A model generated the notes under the pieces. The model saw only the letters and a list, made by a program, of their open reading frames with translations. It was not told where the DNA came from and searched no databases. Shown here in pieces: positions 22,144 to 30,792 of a stretch of DNA of 42,455 nucleotides (positions are counted from its first letter, which is position 1; each line of letters begins with the position of its first letter). Position numbers and translations under genes: made by a program. Origin of the DNA: an uncultured Candidatus Saccharibacteria bacterium (GTDB lineage: Bacteria > Patescibacteriota > Minisyncoccia > Phycocordibacterales > 2-02-FULL-43-11); contig CAZYRJ010000002.1 of assembly GCA_964649625.1 (NCBI GenBank), forward strand, positions 1 through 42,455. Direction: 5' to 3'.

Positions 22144-23277
22144 ATGGCAAAGCTCATCTTTATCGGCAGTGATAGGAATATTTTCCAAGAGGGGAGCGCT
22201 GTTCGCTCTCGCATGGTCGAATACGGGACGCTTTTTGACGAGTTGCACGTCATTGTCAATACGCGCGGGTTTAAGAAACAAGAGCGGTTGTCAGGCAACG
22301 TCGTCGCTTATCCGACAGGCTCTGTTTCAAGATGGCTTTACCCTTCGGACTCGGCCAAGATAGCGACAAATATAATTGCCACAGATCCGCTAGGCGAGTG
22401 GGTCGTAAGCGCCCAGGATCCGTTCGAGAACGGACGCGCCGCCCTTAAGGTCTGCCAAAAAACGGGCGCGAAATTACATGTGCAGGTCCATGTCGATTTT
22501 CTTTCACCGTTCTTCAGAAAGGAGTCGCTTCTCAATACGCTGAGACTGCTTATTGCGAGAAAAGTGCTGGCCGCGGGAGACGGGATTCGCGTCGTTTCGC
22601 CGCGCATAAAGGAATCCATAATAAGCAACGGTAGGTACAAGCTTAAGGCCGAACCGGCCGTTTTGCCCATCTATTCGGAATTCAACGGCCAGGCTGACCC
22701 GTTTTCTTTCAAAACCATCCATCCTGAGTGGAATTTTGTCATTCTTATGGTCGGCCGGATCGAGCCGGAAAAAAATTATCCGCTGGCTCTTAGGGCCCTC
22801 GCCGAAGTTACGAGGCGGTATCCGAAAGTCGGCCTGGCTGTGATCGGGGGCGGCCGAAAAATGCAGAGTGTGAGACGCATGGCGAAAACCCTTGATCTCG
22901 ACAAAAATGTCATTTTTTTGGGGCCAATTTCCGATCCGGCCCCATACTATAAAGGTGCTGACCTGTATCTTCATACGGCCAATTATGAGGGTTATGGGCT
23001 GACCTTGACCGAAGCCGCACTATCCGGTCTGCCTATTATTTCGACCGATGTTGGTTCGATCGGCTGGCTCTTCAAGCAAGGCGAGACGGCTCTCGTTTGT
23101 GAGCCGCAAAACGCCGCTTGTCTATCCAAAGCGTTGCTCAGAATGATAGAAGATAGCGGCTTCGCGGAAAGGTTGCGCATAGGAGCACGTTCTTCGCTTT
23201 TGGAACAGCTACCCAAAGACCGCGCCGAGTATTTAAAAATGTATAAAAACAACCTTCTAAGCTGTTTAAAAGTTTAG
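22144..23277 (+). CDS. Glycosyltransferase family 4
   Basis: 377 aa. Motifs seen: VGRIEPEKNY, YEGYGLTLTEAALSGLPIISTDVGS, and an EX7E-type C-terminal domain. Confidence 0.8.
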   Translation: MAKLIFIGSDRNIFQEGSAVRSRMVEYGTLFDELHVIVNTRGFKKQERLSGNVVAYPTGSVSRWLYPSDSAKIATNIIATDPLGEWVVSAQDPFENGRAALKVCQKTGAKLHVQVHVDFLSPFFRKESLLNTLRLLIARKVLAAGDGIRVVSPRIKESIISNGRYKLKAEPAVLPIYSEFNGQADPFSFKTIHPEWNFVILMVGRIEPEKNYPLALRALAEVTRRYPKVGLAVIGGGRKMQSVRRMAKTLDLDKNVIFLGPISDPAPYYKGADLYLHTANYEGYGLTLTEAALSGLPIISTDVGSIGWLFKQGETALVCEPQNAACLSKALLRMIEDSGFAERLRIGARSSLLEQLPKDRAEYLKMYKNNLLSCLKV

Positions 23278-23324
23278 GCACCTTCACAACTGTGCCTTTG
23301 TCAGGTAAAATATTTTTTCACCCA

Positions 23325-24212
23325 ATGAAAACCGCAACAATAGTCAAACCGAAGATCAAATTAAAAAAGCCTCTGATCGGCTTCATTGGCCAAGGTTTCA
23401 TCGGCAAAAATTATGCGGATGATTTCGAGAGCCGAAAATATCCGGTCCTCCGATATTCGCTCGATAAACAATTCCTCGCCAATAAGGATAAGATCAGGGA
23501 TTGCGATATTGTTTTTATCGCAGTACCGACGCCGTCCACGCCGGAGGGTTTCGATGACAGCATCATCCGTTCCGTCATGAAGCTCATAGGCAAGGGCAAG
23601 ACGGCGGTAATAAAATCAACCATCGTGCCAGGCACGACCGAATCAATCCAGAAACAGAACCCGAATATCTACGTGTTGCATTCACCGGAATTTCTGACGG
23701 AAAAAACGGCTCGAGAGGACGCTACTCATCCCAATAGGAACATCGTTGGTATCCCAATCTCGAACGATGAATTTAGGGGTAAGGCAGAAGCGGTTATCTC
23801 GGTCCTACCCAGGGCGCCCTATTCTGTCGTAACCCAAGCTAGAAATGCTGAGCTTACAAAATATGGCGGCAATATCTGGTTCTACTTCAAGGTCATCTAT
23901 ATGAATATGCTCTACGACCTTTCCGCTAAAGTTGGCGCCGATTTTGAAGCTATCCGTGAGGCCATGGCCGCGGACCCAAGAATCGGTCATTCTCATCTCA
24001 ATCCCGTTCACCAGGGAGGCCGCGGAGCGGGGGGTCACTGTTTCATCAAGGATTTCGCCGCTTTTGCTGAGATATACGAGAGAGAAATGAAAGATCCCCT
24101 CGGTGACGATGTTCTGAAAGCATTGGCTCAAAAAAATATTTCTCTGCTTTTGAAAAGCCACAAAGATACTGACTTACTCAAAGGGGTGTACGGCGCAGAA
24201 ATCGGCAAATAA
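23325..24212 (+). CDS. UDP-glucose/GDP-mannose dehydrogenase family protein lacking the C-terminal domain
   Basis: The start was set at MKTATIV inside track ORF 23292. The Rossmann motif is IGFIGQGFIGK. FIAVPTP and KSTIVPGTT are present, and the catalytic-Cys context is GGHCFIKD. The ORF ends about 50 aa after that Cys, where family members normally have a UDP-binding domain of about 100 aa. Confidence 0.65.
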   Translation: MKTATIVKPKIKLKKPLIGFIGQGFIGKNYADDFESRKYPVLRYSLDKQFLANKDKIRDCDIVFIAVPTPSTPEGFDDSIIRSVMKLIGKGKTAVIKSTIVPGTTESIQKQNPNIYVLHSPEFLTEKTAREDATHPNRNIVGIPISNDEFRGKAEAVISVLPRAPYSVVTQARNAELTKYGGNIWFYFKVIYMNMLYDLSAKVGADFEAIREAMAADPRIGHSHLNPVHQGGRGAGGHCFIKDFAAFAEIYEREMKDPLGDDVLKALAQKNISLLLKSHKDTDLLKGVYGAEIGK

Positions 24213-24243
24213 GCCACATAACAGCGCTGAAAATTTTCGCTCT

Positions 24244-24735
24244 ATGAACGACACAAATAAATTAGATTCTCTAGCAGAGGTCGTCAGAATGGTTTGGCCT
24301 CGACTGTTGCCTTTGTATGGTCGCTACCGGACACTCGCCAATTACCTTATCTCCGGAAGTACCGGCGCGTTCGTCAACCTCTTTTCTCTTTTCATCCTGA
24401 CACATATTTTCCGGTTGTGGTATTTGCTTTCGTCTGTTTTAGCTTTTCTCTTGGCTTTCGGCTTCAGTTTTTTTCTGCAAAAACACTGGACGTTCAGAGA
24501 CCATTCGAATGATGGCGTTCACAAACAGATGTCACTCTTTATGGCGGTATCATTGATAAATCTGGGAGTTAATACGGCACTTATGTACTTTTTTGTGGAC
24601 ATAATTGGAAAAACTTATTTCCCGAACTATTATGATCAGACCCTTTGGTACCTACTCTCTCAGTTTGTGGCCGCCGGTCTCATCGCCATTGAGAGTTTTT
24701 TTGTCTACAGGGCGTTTATTTTCAGGAGAGCTTGA
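24244..24735 (+). CDS. GtrA-family membrane protein
   Basis: 163 aa with 4 TM helices. The motif is YLISGSTGAFVNL.....L......WYLLS...AF.....FSFFLQKHWTF. Confidence 0.72.
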   Translation: MNDTNKLDSLAEVVRMVWPRLLPLYGRYRTLANYLISGSTGAFVNLFSLFILTHIFRLWYLLSSVLAFLLAFGFSFFLQKHWTFRDHSNDGVHKQMSLFMAVSLINLGVNTALMYFFVDIIGKTYFPNYYDQTLWYLLSQFVAAGLIAIESFFVYRAFIFRRA

Positions 24736-24771
24736 ATTGGCTAACTCTTCTGTTTCAAGGCGGGGATAGTT

Positions 24772-24780
24772 GGGGGGGGG
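24772..24780. repeat. G9 homopolymer in an intergenic spacer
   Basis: Nine consecutive G residues in the 174-nt spacer between the GtrA-like gene and the next GT4 gene. Confidence 0.9.
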
Positions 24781-24846
24781 TGCGACTTTCAAAAGGCAGG
24801 ATTTGTTTTGCCGGATCCAGACTCTGCGAAATGTCTCAGTTAGCGC

Positions 24847-24868
24847 TCGCGCAAAAGCGCGGTTTTCT
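24847..24868 (+). terminator. Small terminator-like hairpin
   Basis: CGCGC-AAAA-GCGCG, followed by GTTTTCT. Confidence 0.45.
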
Positions 24869-24909
24869 ATGCTTAACAACAAGCCTGATTCCGTATATGC
24901 TTTAGTTAA

Positions 24910-25983
24910 ATGAACAAAACAGACATTCGACTGCTTATTGTCACTCAAATTGTAGACCAAAACGACGACGTTTTGGGTTTTTTTCACCGTTGGCTTGAGG
25001 TGTTTTCGAATAAGTTCGAAAGAATTAGCGTGGTTTGTCTCAAGAAGGGAGAAAATAGCTTGCCCAAAAATATCTCGGTCTATTCTCTTGGAAAGGAAAA
25101 TAATGAATTAGGCATTAGGAAGAAAGAATTATGGAGTAGGCTCAAATACTCATTGAAATTTGTACGATATATCGTACAAAAAAGAAAAGATTATGACAGG
25201 GTTTTCGTCCACATGAACCAGGAGTATGTATTACTTGGAGGACTTTTGTGGAAATTGATGGGTAAAAAAATAACGATGTGGAGAAATCATCAGGCCGGTA
25301 ATTTTCTGACCAGGATTGCGGTTGTTCTTTCCGATAAAGTTTTTTGCACTTCGCCATCAGCATTTGTCGCCCAATTTAAAAAAACAGTTATCATGCCCGT
25401 TGGAATAGATACGAACTTTTTTCAAGCGAGTGGTTCCGCGATTGAGCCCGCTACTATTCTGTTTTTTGGCCGGATGGACAAGATAAAAAGACCCGACCTT
25501 TTTATCGACAGCCTAGAAATTTTGCGAAAGAGAGGTCAGATATTTCGTGCCGAGATAGTCGGTAATGCGACAAATATTTCTTTTATGGAAAAGCTAGCCA
25601 TTCAGATCGATAGGTGCGATTTAACTGATCAGGTAAAACTATTGCCCGGACTGCCATACATCCGATCAGCCGACATGTATGGACATCACGAGGTTTACGT
25701 CAATTTGACTCCGGACGGCAGTATGGACAAAACGATCATCGAAGCAATGGCTTCGGGAGTTTTGCCGGTTGTCACCAATTCTTTCTTTAAGAATAAAATT
25801 GACGATCATTTTGTAACTGGCGATGAACCAAGCGCGATTGCCGGTCATATTTCGAGAATTTTAGCGATGACACCGGCCGAAAAACAAGGACACAGGGATC
25901 GGCTTCGCCAATATGCCGTCAAAAACCATTCACTGAATTTATTAGCCGATGGGTTGGCGGATGAGCTCCAATTTCTTAAATGA
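24910..25983 (+). CDS. Glycosyltransferase family 4-like
   Basis: 357 aa. Motifs seen: FFGRMDKIKRPDLFI and ..DGSMDKTIIEAMASGVLPVVTNS. Confidence 0.7.
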   Translation: MNKTDIRLLIVTQIVDQNDDVLGFFHRWLEVFSNKFERISVVCLKKGENSLPKNISVYSLGKENNELGIRKKELWSRLKYSLKFVRYIVQKRKDYDRVFVHMNQEYVLLGGLLWKLMGKKITMWRNHQAGNFLTRIAVVLSDKVFCTSPSAFVAQFKKTVIMPVGIDTNFFQASGSAIEPATILFFGRMDKIKRPDLFIDSLEILRKRGQIFRAEIVGNATNISFMEKLAIQIDRCDLTDQVKLLPGLPYIRSADMYGHHEVYVNLTPDGSMDKTIIEAMASGVLPVVTNSFFKNKIDDHFVTGDEPSAIAGHISRILAMTPAEKQGHRDRLRQYAVKNHSLNLLADGLADELQFLK

Positions 25984-27137
25984 AAAATACGTTGTCTCTG
26001 TGTCACAAAGAACATTTAATGAAATCAACCGAAGGTTCGGTATTGTTTTTAGTTAATAAACTCAAGCGCGGCGGCGCAGAGAAAGTTTTCATGAACCAAG
26101 CCAGCTATTTAGCCGGCCGCCATGCTATTTACTTGGCCGCCGCTCTTCCTTCGTCATCGGCCGACAATTATCTTATAGATTACGGCATGAACAGGGAGGA
26201 TGTATTTTTTTGCGATTTCAAAAACTTTTTCGACTTGGGCGCTTTTTGGCGCCTGCGGCGTTTCGTAAGAAAGCGAGATATCAGAGTTGTCTATTCAACT
26301 CTGGAATTTTCAAATGTTATATCGCGGTTGCTAAAGATATTTTCACCGTCAATCCGAGTTATTATTCGAGAATCCGGCATGGCTTTCAGAAAGCCGCCGA
26401 TGGTTAAACTTCTGGACATCATCCTTAATTTCTTGGCTTTTAGAATTGTGGCAGTATCCGCTGCGGTCCGAGACAGTCTGGCCGATTATCAACATTTACA
26501 TGCGCATAAATTTGTTATCATAGAAAACGGCGTGCCCGTATTGCCTTATGAAGTAGTGGCGGGCCTTCGAGCGGATGTTTTTCGGAAAGGTTTGCAAATT
26601 TTGCATGTTGGTTCAATGAATAACGGCAACAAAGGGCATGCCGAGCTCATTGATGTTTTCAATTCATTGAGCGACGAGTTGTTGGCGAACGTGAGCCTGA
26701 CTTTTGCCGGTGATGGAAATTTGCGCTCCAGTCTGGAAGCAAAAGCCAGGAAGACCAAAAAACCCGACAAAATAATTTTTGTGGGCAACTTAACCGGCGG
26801 TCAAATGAAAGCTCAGTATTTGTCAGCAGATATTTATATCTTAAATTCCAAAAACGAAGGATGTCCTAACACCGTCTTGGAAGCCATGTCTTACGGTTTG
26901 CCGGTTTTATCGACTAGGGTTGGCGGGGCGACGGAAATCATTGAAGACGGCAAATCCGGCATTTTGGTTCCAGTTGGCGATAAAGAGGCTATGCGGGATG
27001 CCATTCGGAATTTATTGACGGACGAATCGCTACGCCACGAAATGGGCAAAGCGGCGGTTCTGCGGATACGCGACAAATATACATTGGAAGGCCAAATCTC
27101 TAAGCTTGCGCCACTTCTTGGAGTCCGGATGAAGTGA
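25980..27137 (+). CDS. Glycosyltransferase family 4
   Basis: 385 aa. An ATGA overlap with the upstream stop suggests translational coupling. Motifs seen: KRGGAEKV and NSKNEGCPNTVLEAMSYGLPVLSTRVGGATEIIEDGKSGILV. Confidence 0.8.
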   Translation: MKNTLSLCHKEHLMKSTEGSVLFLVNKLKRGGAEKVFMNQASYLAGRHAIYLAAALPSSSADNYLIDYGMNREDVFFCDFKNFFDLGAFWRLRRFVRKRDIRVVYSTLEFSNVISRLLKIFSPSIRVIIRESGMAFRKPPMVKLLDIILNFLAFRIVAVSAAVRDSLADYQHLHAHKFVIIENGVPVLPYEVVAGLRADVFRKGLQILHVGSMNNGNKGHAELIDVFNSLSDELLANVSLTFAGDGNLRSSLEAKARKTKKPDKIIFVGNLTGGQMKAQYLSADIYILNSKNEGCPNTVLEAMSYGLPVLSTRVGGATEIIEDGKSGILVPVGDKEAMRDAIRNLLTDESLRHEMGKAAVLRIRDKYTLEGQISKLAPLLGVRMK

Positions 27138-27149
27138 ACATTATTCTAG

Positions 27150-27155
27150 TATAAT
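27150..27155 (+). promoter_or_regulatory. -10 element (leaderless arrangement)
   Basis: TATAAT ends 7 nt before the ATG at 27163. Confidence 0.45.
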
Positions 27156-27162
27156 CAAAGAT

Positions 27163-28152
27163 ATGAAATTGGTAGTTACTGTTGATACTGAGGCGGATAA
27201 TCAATGGCAACATCGCCCCGAAATTAGTCTCAAAAACATCGTATTTTTGGAAAGGTTCCAGAAAGTCTGCGAGCAATACGGTTTTCCCCCGACATATTTG
27301 ATTACGTATGAAGTCGCGACGGACGAGAAGGCGGTAAGTCTTTTGTCGTCGTGGCAAAAACGGGGTGTTGCTGAAATTGGTGCTCACCTTCACCCCTGGA
27401 CCACACCCCCAGAGAATGGAGTGGCGGGTCCGGATGGAAAAATAGAGCATCCTTTTCCATCAGAGCTTCCGTATGACTTGTTGGAGAATAAACTTAAATC
27501 TTTGTCGAGGGCGATTCACGAAAGTTTCGGTATTAAACCTGTAAGTTATCGCGCCGGACGTTGGGGCATGGATGAGAGGCAGCTAAAAATTCTTAAAGAC
27601 CTTGGTTTTAAGGCTGATTGTTCGCTGACGCCGAAAGTTGACTGGCGAAGAAACATCGGGGCCAAGGGCGGCCGAGGCGGCAAAGATTGGCGATCGGCCA
27701 GCGTTTATCCTTACTATCCGTCAGAGTGCAACATTTTTTTGGCCGAGAATGATAAGAGGTTGCTTGAGGTGCCGATGACTGTTTTATATACCGGAGTTTG
27801 TTGTCGGGAGAAATCCGCTCTGTGCAGAATAATGAGCCGGTTACCCGAGAGTTTTCCCAAAAAAGTTCTCAATCGGCTGTTTTTCAAAAGAAAATGGTTG
27901 CGCGTTTTTCCGAAGAGCGAAATCGGTCATTGGCGCGGGATTTATGATTCGGCGAAACTAAACAATTTGCCGGTTATGGAATTCATGATCCATTCTTCCG
28001 AATTGATGCCAGGCGGCAGTCCGAGTTCCAAGACGGAGAGCGACGTCGATGCGGTGTATAAAAATCTTGAAGCAATGTTCACCTTATTCAGGGATCGCGG
28101 CGTGCAGGGTGTCACCTTGGGTCAATTTGCTGATTGGTTTAACAGTAATTAA
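27163..28152 (+). CDS. Polysaccharide-deacetylase-superfamily protein (WalW/ArnD-like)
   Basis: 329 aa. The N-terminal MKLVVTVDTEADNQW and GAHLHPW resemble the DxD/His metal-site pattern of the deacetylase beta/alpha-barrel superfamily. Confidence 0.55.
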   Translation: MKLVVTVDTEADNQWQHRPEISLKNIVFLERFQKVCEQYGFPPTYLITYEVATDEKAVSLLSSWQKRGVAEIGAHLHPWTTPPENGVAGPDGKIEHPFPSELPYDLLENKLKSLSRAIHESFGIKPVSYRAGRWGMDERQLKILKDLGFKADCSLTPKVDWRRNIGAKGGRGGKDWRSASVYPYYPSECNIFLAENDKRLLEVPMTVLYTGVCCREKSALCRIMSRLPESFPKKVLNRLFFKRKWLRVFPKSEIGHWRGIYDSAKLNNLPVMEFMIHSSELMPGGSPSSKTESDVDAVYKNLEAMFTLFRDRGVQGVTLGQFADWFNSN

Positions 28153-28159
28153 TTTTCGC

Positions 28160-30019
28160 ATGTGCGGAATTTTAGGAACAGACGGAAGGTTATTTTCAAA
28201 CGAAAAAAAGGTTTTCGAACGGGCTTTTTCCGCGCTCAATCACCGCGGACCGGATGATTCCGGCATCTTCAATGACGATTCGGTTTGTTTGGCGCATAAG
28301 AGACTTTCCATACTGGATCTTTCTCAGGGCGGACATCAACCGATGGCGACACCGGATGGCCGGATCCGTATTATTTTTAACGGCGAAATTTATAATTTTA
28401 AAGAGTTAAGAGCGGATCTGATCACAAAGGGCCGCGCTTTTAAAAGTGCCACCGACACGGAGGTTATTTTGTACGGATATGCGGAATACGGCACCGCTTT
28501 TTTCTCCAGAATGCGCGGTATGTGGGCTTTTGCTATTTATGATAATACTGCCCAAAAAATAATTCTTAGCCGCGATTATTTCGGAATAAAGCCGCTGTAT
28601 TATTCGTTCGAGCATGACTTATTCAGTTTTGCGTCCGAGATTAAAAGCTTGGTTCGGCTGATTCCAAAAGTTACGCCGAACAGCGATTTATACTATCAAT
28701 TTTTCAACCTTGGATATTTTATGCCGCCCCACACATGCTTCAAGGAGATAAAAAAGATCCAGCCTGGGGAAATAGTGACTTTTGACTCGAAAAAAAGAAC
28801 TCTTGAACACGGTTATGTCGGCTTTTTGGGGGCGACGGGCAGAATAGAGGAATTGACGTTTCAAGAGGCTGTTGATCTTGTCGATACGACCCTTCGGGAT
28901 TCACTGATCCATCACTATATTTCCGATGTGCCGGTAGGCCTTCTCCTTTCCGGAGGCACTGACTCTTCGCTTCTGGCAGCTATGTCGAAGGCAGTCGGGA
29001 AATCGCCGGTCGCATATAATCTGGATATACTAAATAGCTCCGACGCTTACTACGCCGAGAAGATCAGCAAACATCTGGGTTTAACTTTAGTGCGGGGTGA
29101 AATGCCCGAAGCGAAACTCGAAGAACAATATCAAAAGGTCTGGGAAATATTGGATGAACCGTTGGCTGATTATTCAATCATACCGACATCTCTCATTTAT
29201 TCTCACGTAGCCGGCAAATCAAAAGTGGTTTTGAGCGGCGAAGGAGGAGATGAACTTAGCGGCGGTTACTTAAGACATATTAAGTTTGCGGACTTGAGTC
29301 GGCTTGAGCCGAAAAACACACTCTGGAGGATATTTGACGTAGCGGCGAGTGGGAACAGTGCGTCGGCTATAAAATATTTTAACCCATTAATTCAGCGCGT
29401 GAGAAACTTCGTCCAAGATAAATTCGGTAATGATGCTATCGCGGCGTATTTGGCGCATTCCCGAACCATTGACTATCCGATCAAGCGAGAGAGACTTCAG
29501 TCCGATATGTACGATTTTTTCAGTTCTTTTCCTTTCGGAAATAGCGGCAAAAACCCGCTCGGCTTGTTTTTCGATCGCTTTTTGGCTTTACCCAACGATC
29601 TAATGTATAAGACTGATATTGCGTCCATGATGTATTCGATCGAAGCCAGGGTGCCTTTTTTGGACAAAGTTTTATTTGAAACCGTTCTCACTCGTTTGCC
29701 GTCTAAATATTGCCTATCGCCGGAGTATTCAAAGAAAATACTATTAAAAAAGGTTTTGGAAAAATATTTGCCCGCTGAACTCGTCGAAAGGCCGAAAAAA
29801 GGTTTTGGTTTTTCATTTCACCGATATCATTTTAAATCGTTCAGATCTGATTTGGACAAAGCTCTGAGGTTCCATCAGTCGAAAGCCCAAGCTTTCGGTC
29901 TCGGTGGGGCCATGGCTGGTTTGTTAGCGCCTGAAAATGGCGAGCTACTGACGAAAAAATATTCTGCCTTCGCTTTCGCACTGGTTTCAAATTGGAGGGT
30001 TTTTAAGACCTTAATATGA
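28160..30019 (+). CDS. Asparagine synthase (glutamine-hydrolysing) family amidotransferase
   Basis: The start was set at MCGILG (Ntn Cys2) inside track ORF 28049. The GATase-II domain shows HRGPDD and RLSILD. The synthetase PP-loop is LLSGGTDSS. Confidence 0.88.
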   Translation: MCGILGTDGRLFSNEKKVFERAFSALNHRGPDDSGIFNDDSVCLAHKRLSILDLSQGGHQPMATPDGRIRIIFNGEIYNFKELRADLITKGRAFKSATDTEVILYGYAEYGTAFFSRMRGMWAFAIYDNTAQKIILSRDYFGIKPLYYSFEHDLFSFASEIKSLVRLIPKVTPNSDLYYQFFNLGYFMPPHTCFKEIKKIQPGEIVTFDSKKRTLEHGYVGFLGATGRIEELTFQEAVDLVDTTLRDSLIHHYISDVPVGLLLSGGTDSSLLAAMSKAVGKSPVAYNLDILNSSDAYYAEKISKHLGLTLVRGEMPEAKLEEQYQKVWEILDEPLADYSIIPTSLIYSHVAGKSKVVLSGEGGDELSGGYLRHIKFADLSRLEPKNTLWRIFDVAASGNSASAIKYFNPLIQRVRNFVQDKFGNDAIAAYLAHSRTIDYPIKRERLQSDMYDFFSSFPFGNSGKNPLGLFFDRFLALPNDLMYKTDIASMMYSIEARVPFLDKVLFETVLTRLPSKYCLSPEYSKKILLKKVLEKYLPAELVERPKKGFGFSFHRYHFKSFRSDLDKALRFHQSKAQAFGLGGAMAGLLAPENGELLTKKYSAFAFALVSNWRVFKTLI

Positions 30020-30032
30020 AATATTCAAGACA

Positions 30033-30758
30033 ATGAAACAATATTTTTTACCTTCGTTGTTATTCAAGAAGAAGTGGGTTTGGTTCGCCGAGCCGAAGGA
30101 CATTTCCGATGCGGATTCAGTGACGTATTTTTCCTACGATGATGTCGAAGCGCCGGGTTTTCGGAAAAAAGAGGGTTGGACGACCGTGATAGAACTGTTC
30201 AAGCCGGAGGAGGAGATCTGGAGGGCTATGCGCCCCCGCTTTATCGCGGAACAGATCCAAAAAGGGCAGCGCAAGGGTATCGTGGTGAAGCAGGACAATA
30301 ATTGGGCAGGTTTCCGCGAGCTTTACCGCTCATTCAGGGAGCACAAAGGCATTCCAAAGGATGACGAAAGTCTGTTCGAAAAGCACGGCTTGAACTTCTC
30401 GGCCTATTTACACGGCGAGTTGCTTTCATCCGGTGTTTTTATAACCGATCGCCAACATATCAGGGCTTGGGCGTTGGCATCGAAAAGGCTCGATGGCCTT
30501 GACGGCAAGAAAAAGGATATTGTCGGACAGGCCAACCGGCTGCTCATCTGGGAGGCGATAAAATACGGCAAGCGCGAGGGAATGCTTCGTTTCGACCTCG
30601 GCGGCATAGCATTGGAAGAGAACGGCGTAATGCCGCCTCTAACTATTTTCAAAGAAGCATTCGGCGGCGCAAGGCTAAAAAACTACTACTATTCAAAAGT
30701 TTACTCGCCGGTGCTCAAAGCCGTCCGTGCGGCAAAAAAATTTCTTCAAAGAAGGTAA
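30033..30758 (+). CDS. FemAB-related / GNAT-fold acyltransferase-like protein
   Basis: 241 aa. The pattern ..W.....R..I....K.G.......F..LY....E.KG.........F... with a C-terminal ..A...LIWEAIKYGKREGMLRFDLGGI resembles the FemAB-family half-domain. Assignment is tentative. Confidence 0.45.
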   Translation: MKQYFLPSLLFKKKWVWFAEPKDISDADSVTYFSYDDVEAPGFRKKEGWTTVIELFKPEEEIWRAMRPRFIAEQIQKGQRKGIVVKQDNNWAGFRELYRSFREHKGIPKDDESLFEKHGLNFSAYLHGELLSSGVFITDRQHIRAWALASKRLDGLDGKKKDIVGQANRLLIWEAIKYGKREGMLRFDLGGIALEENGVMPPLTIFKEAFGGARLKNYYYSKVYSPVLKAVRAAKKFLQRR

Positions 30759-30792
30759 GTGCTACAATAGATAGAACTCATCTCACAATAAG

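Noticed and set aside
28049-28159. The upstream in-frame extension of the AsnB-like ORF in the track. There are similar extensions at 37959-38042, 9732-9794, 23292-23324 and 40190-40249.
   Set aside because: AsnB-family enzymes need Cys as the first residue after Met removal (MCGILG at 28160). The other extensions overlap the preceding gene or lie upstream of the mapped -10 elements. Family N-termini begin at the internal ATGs.
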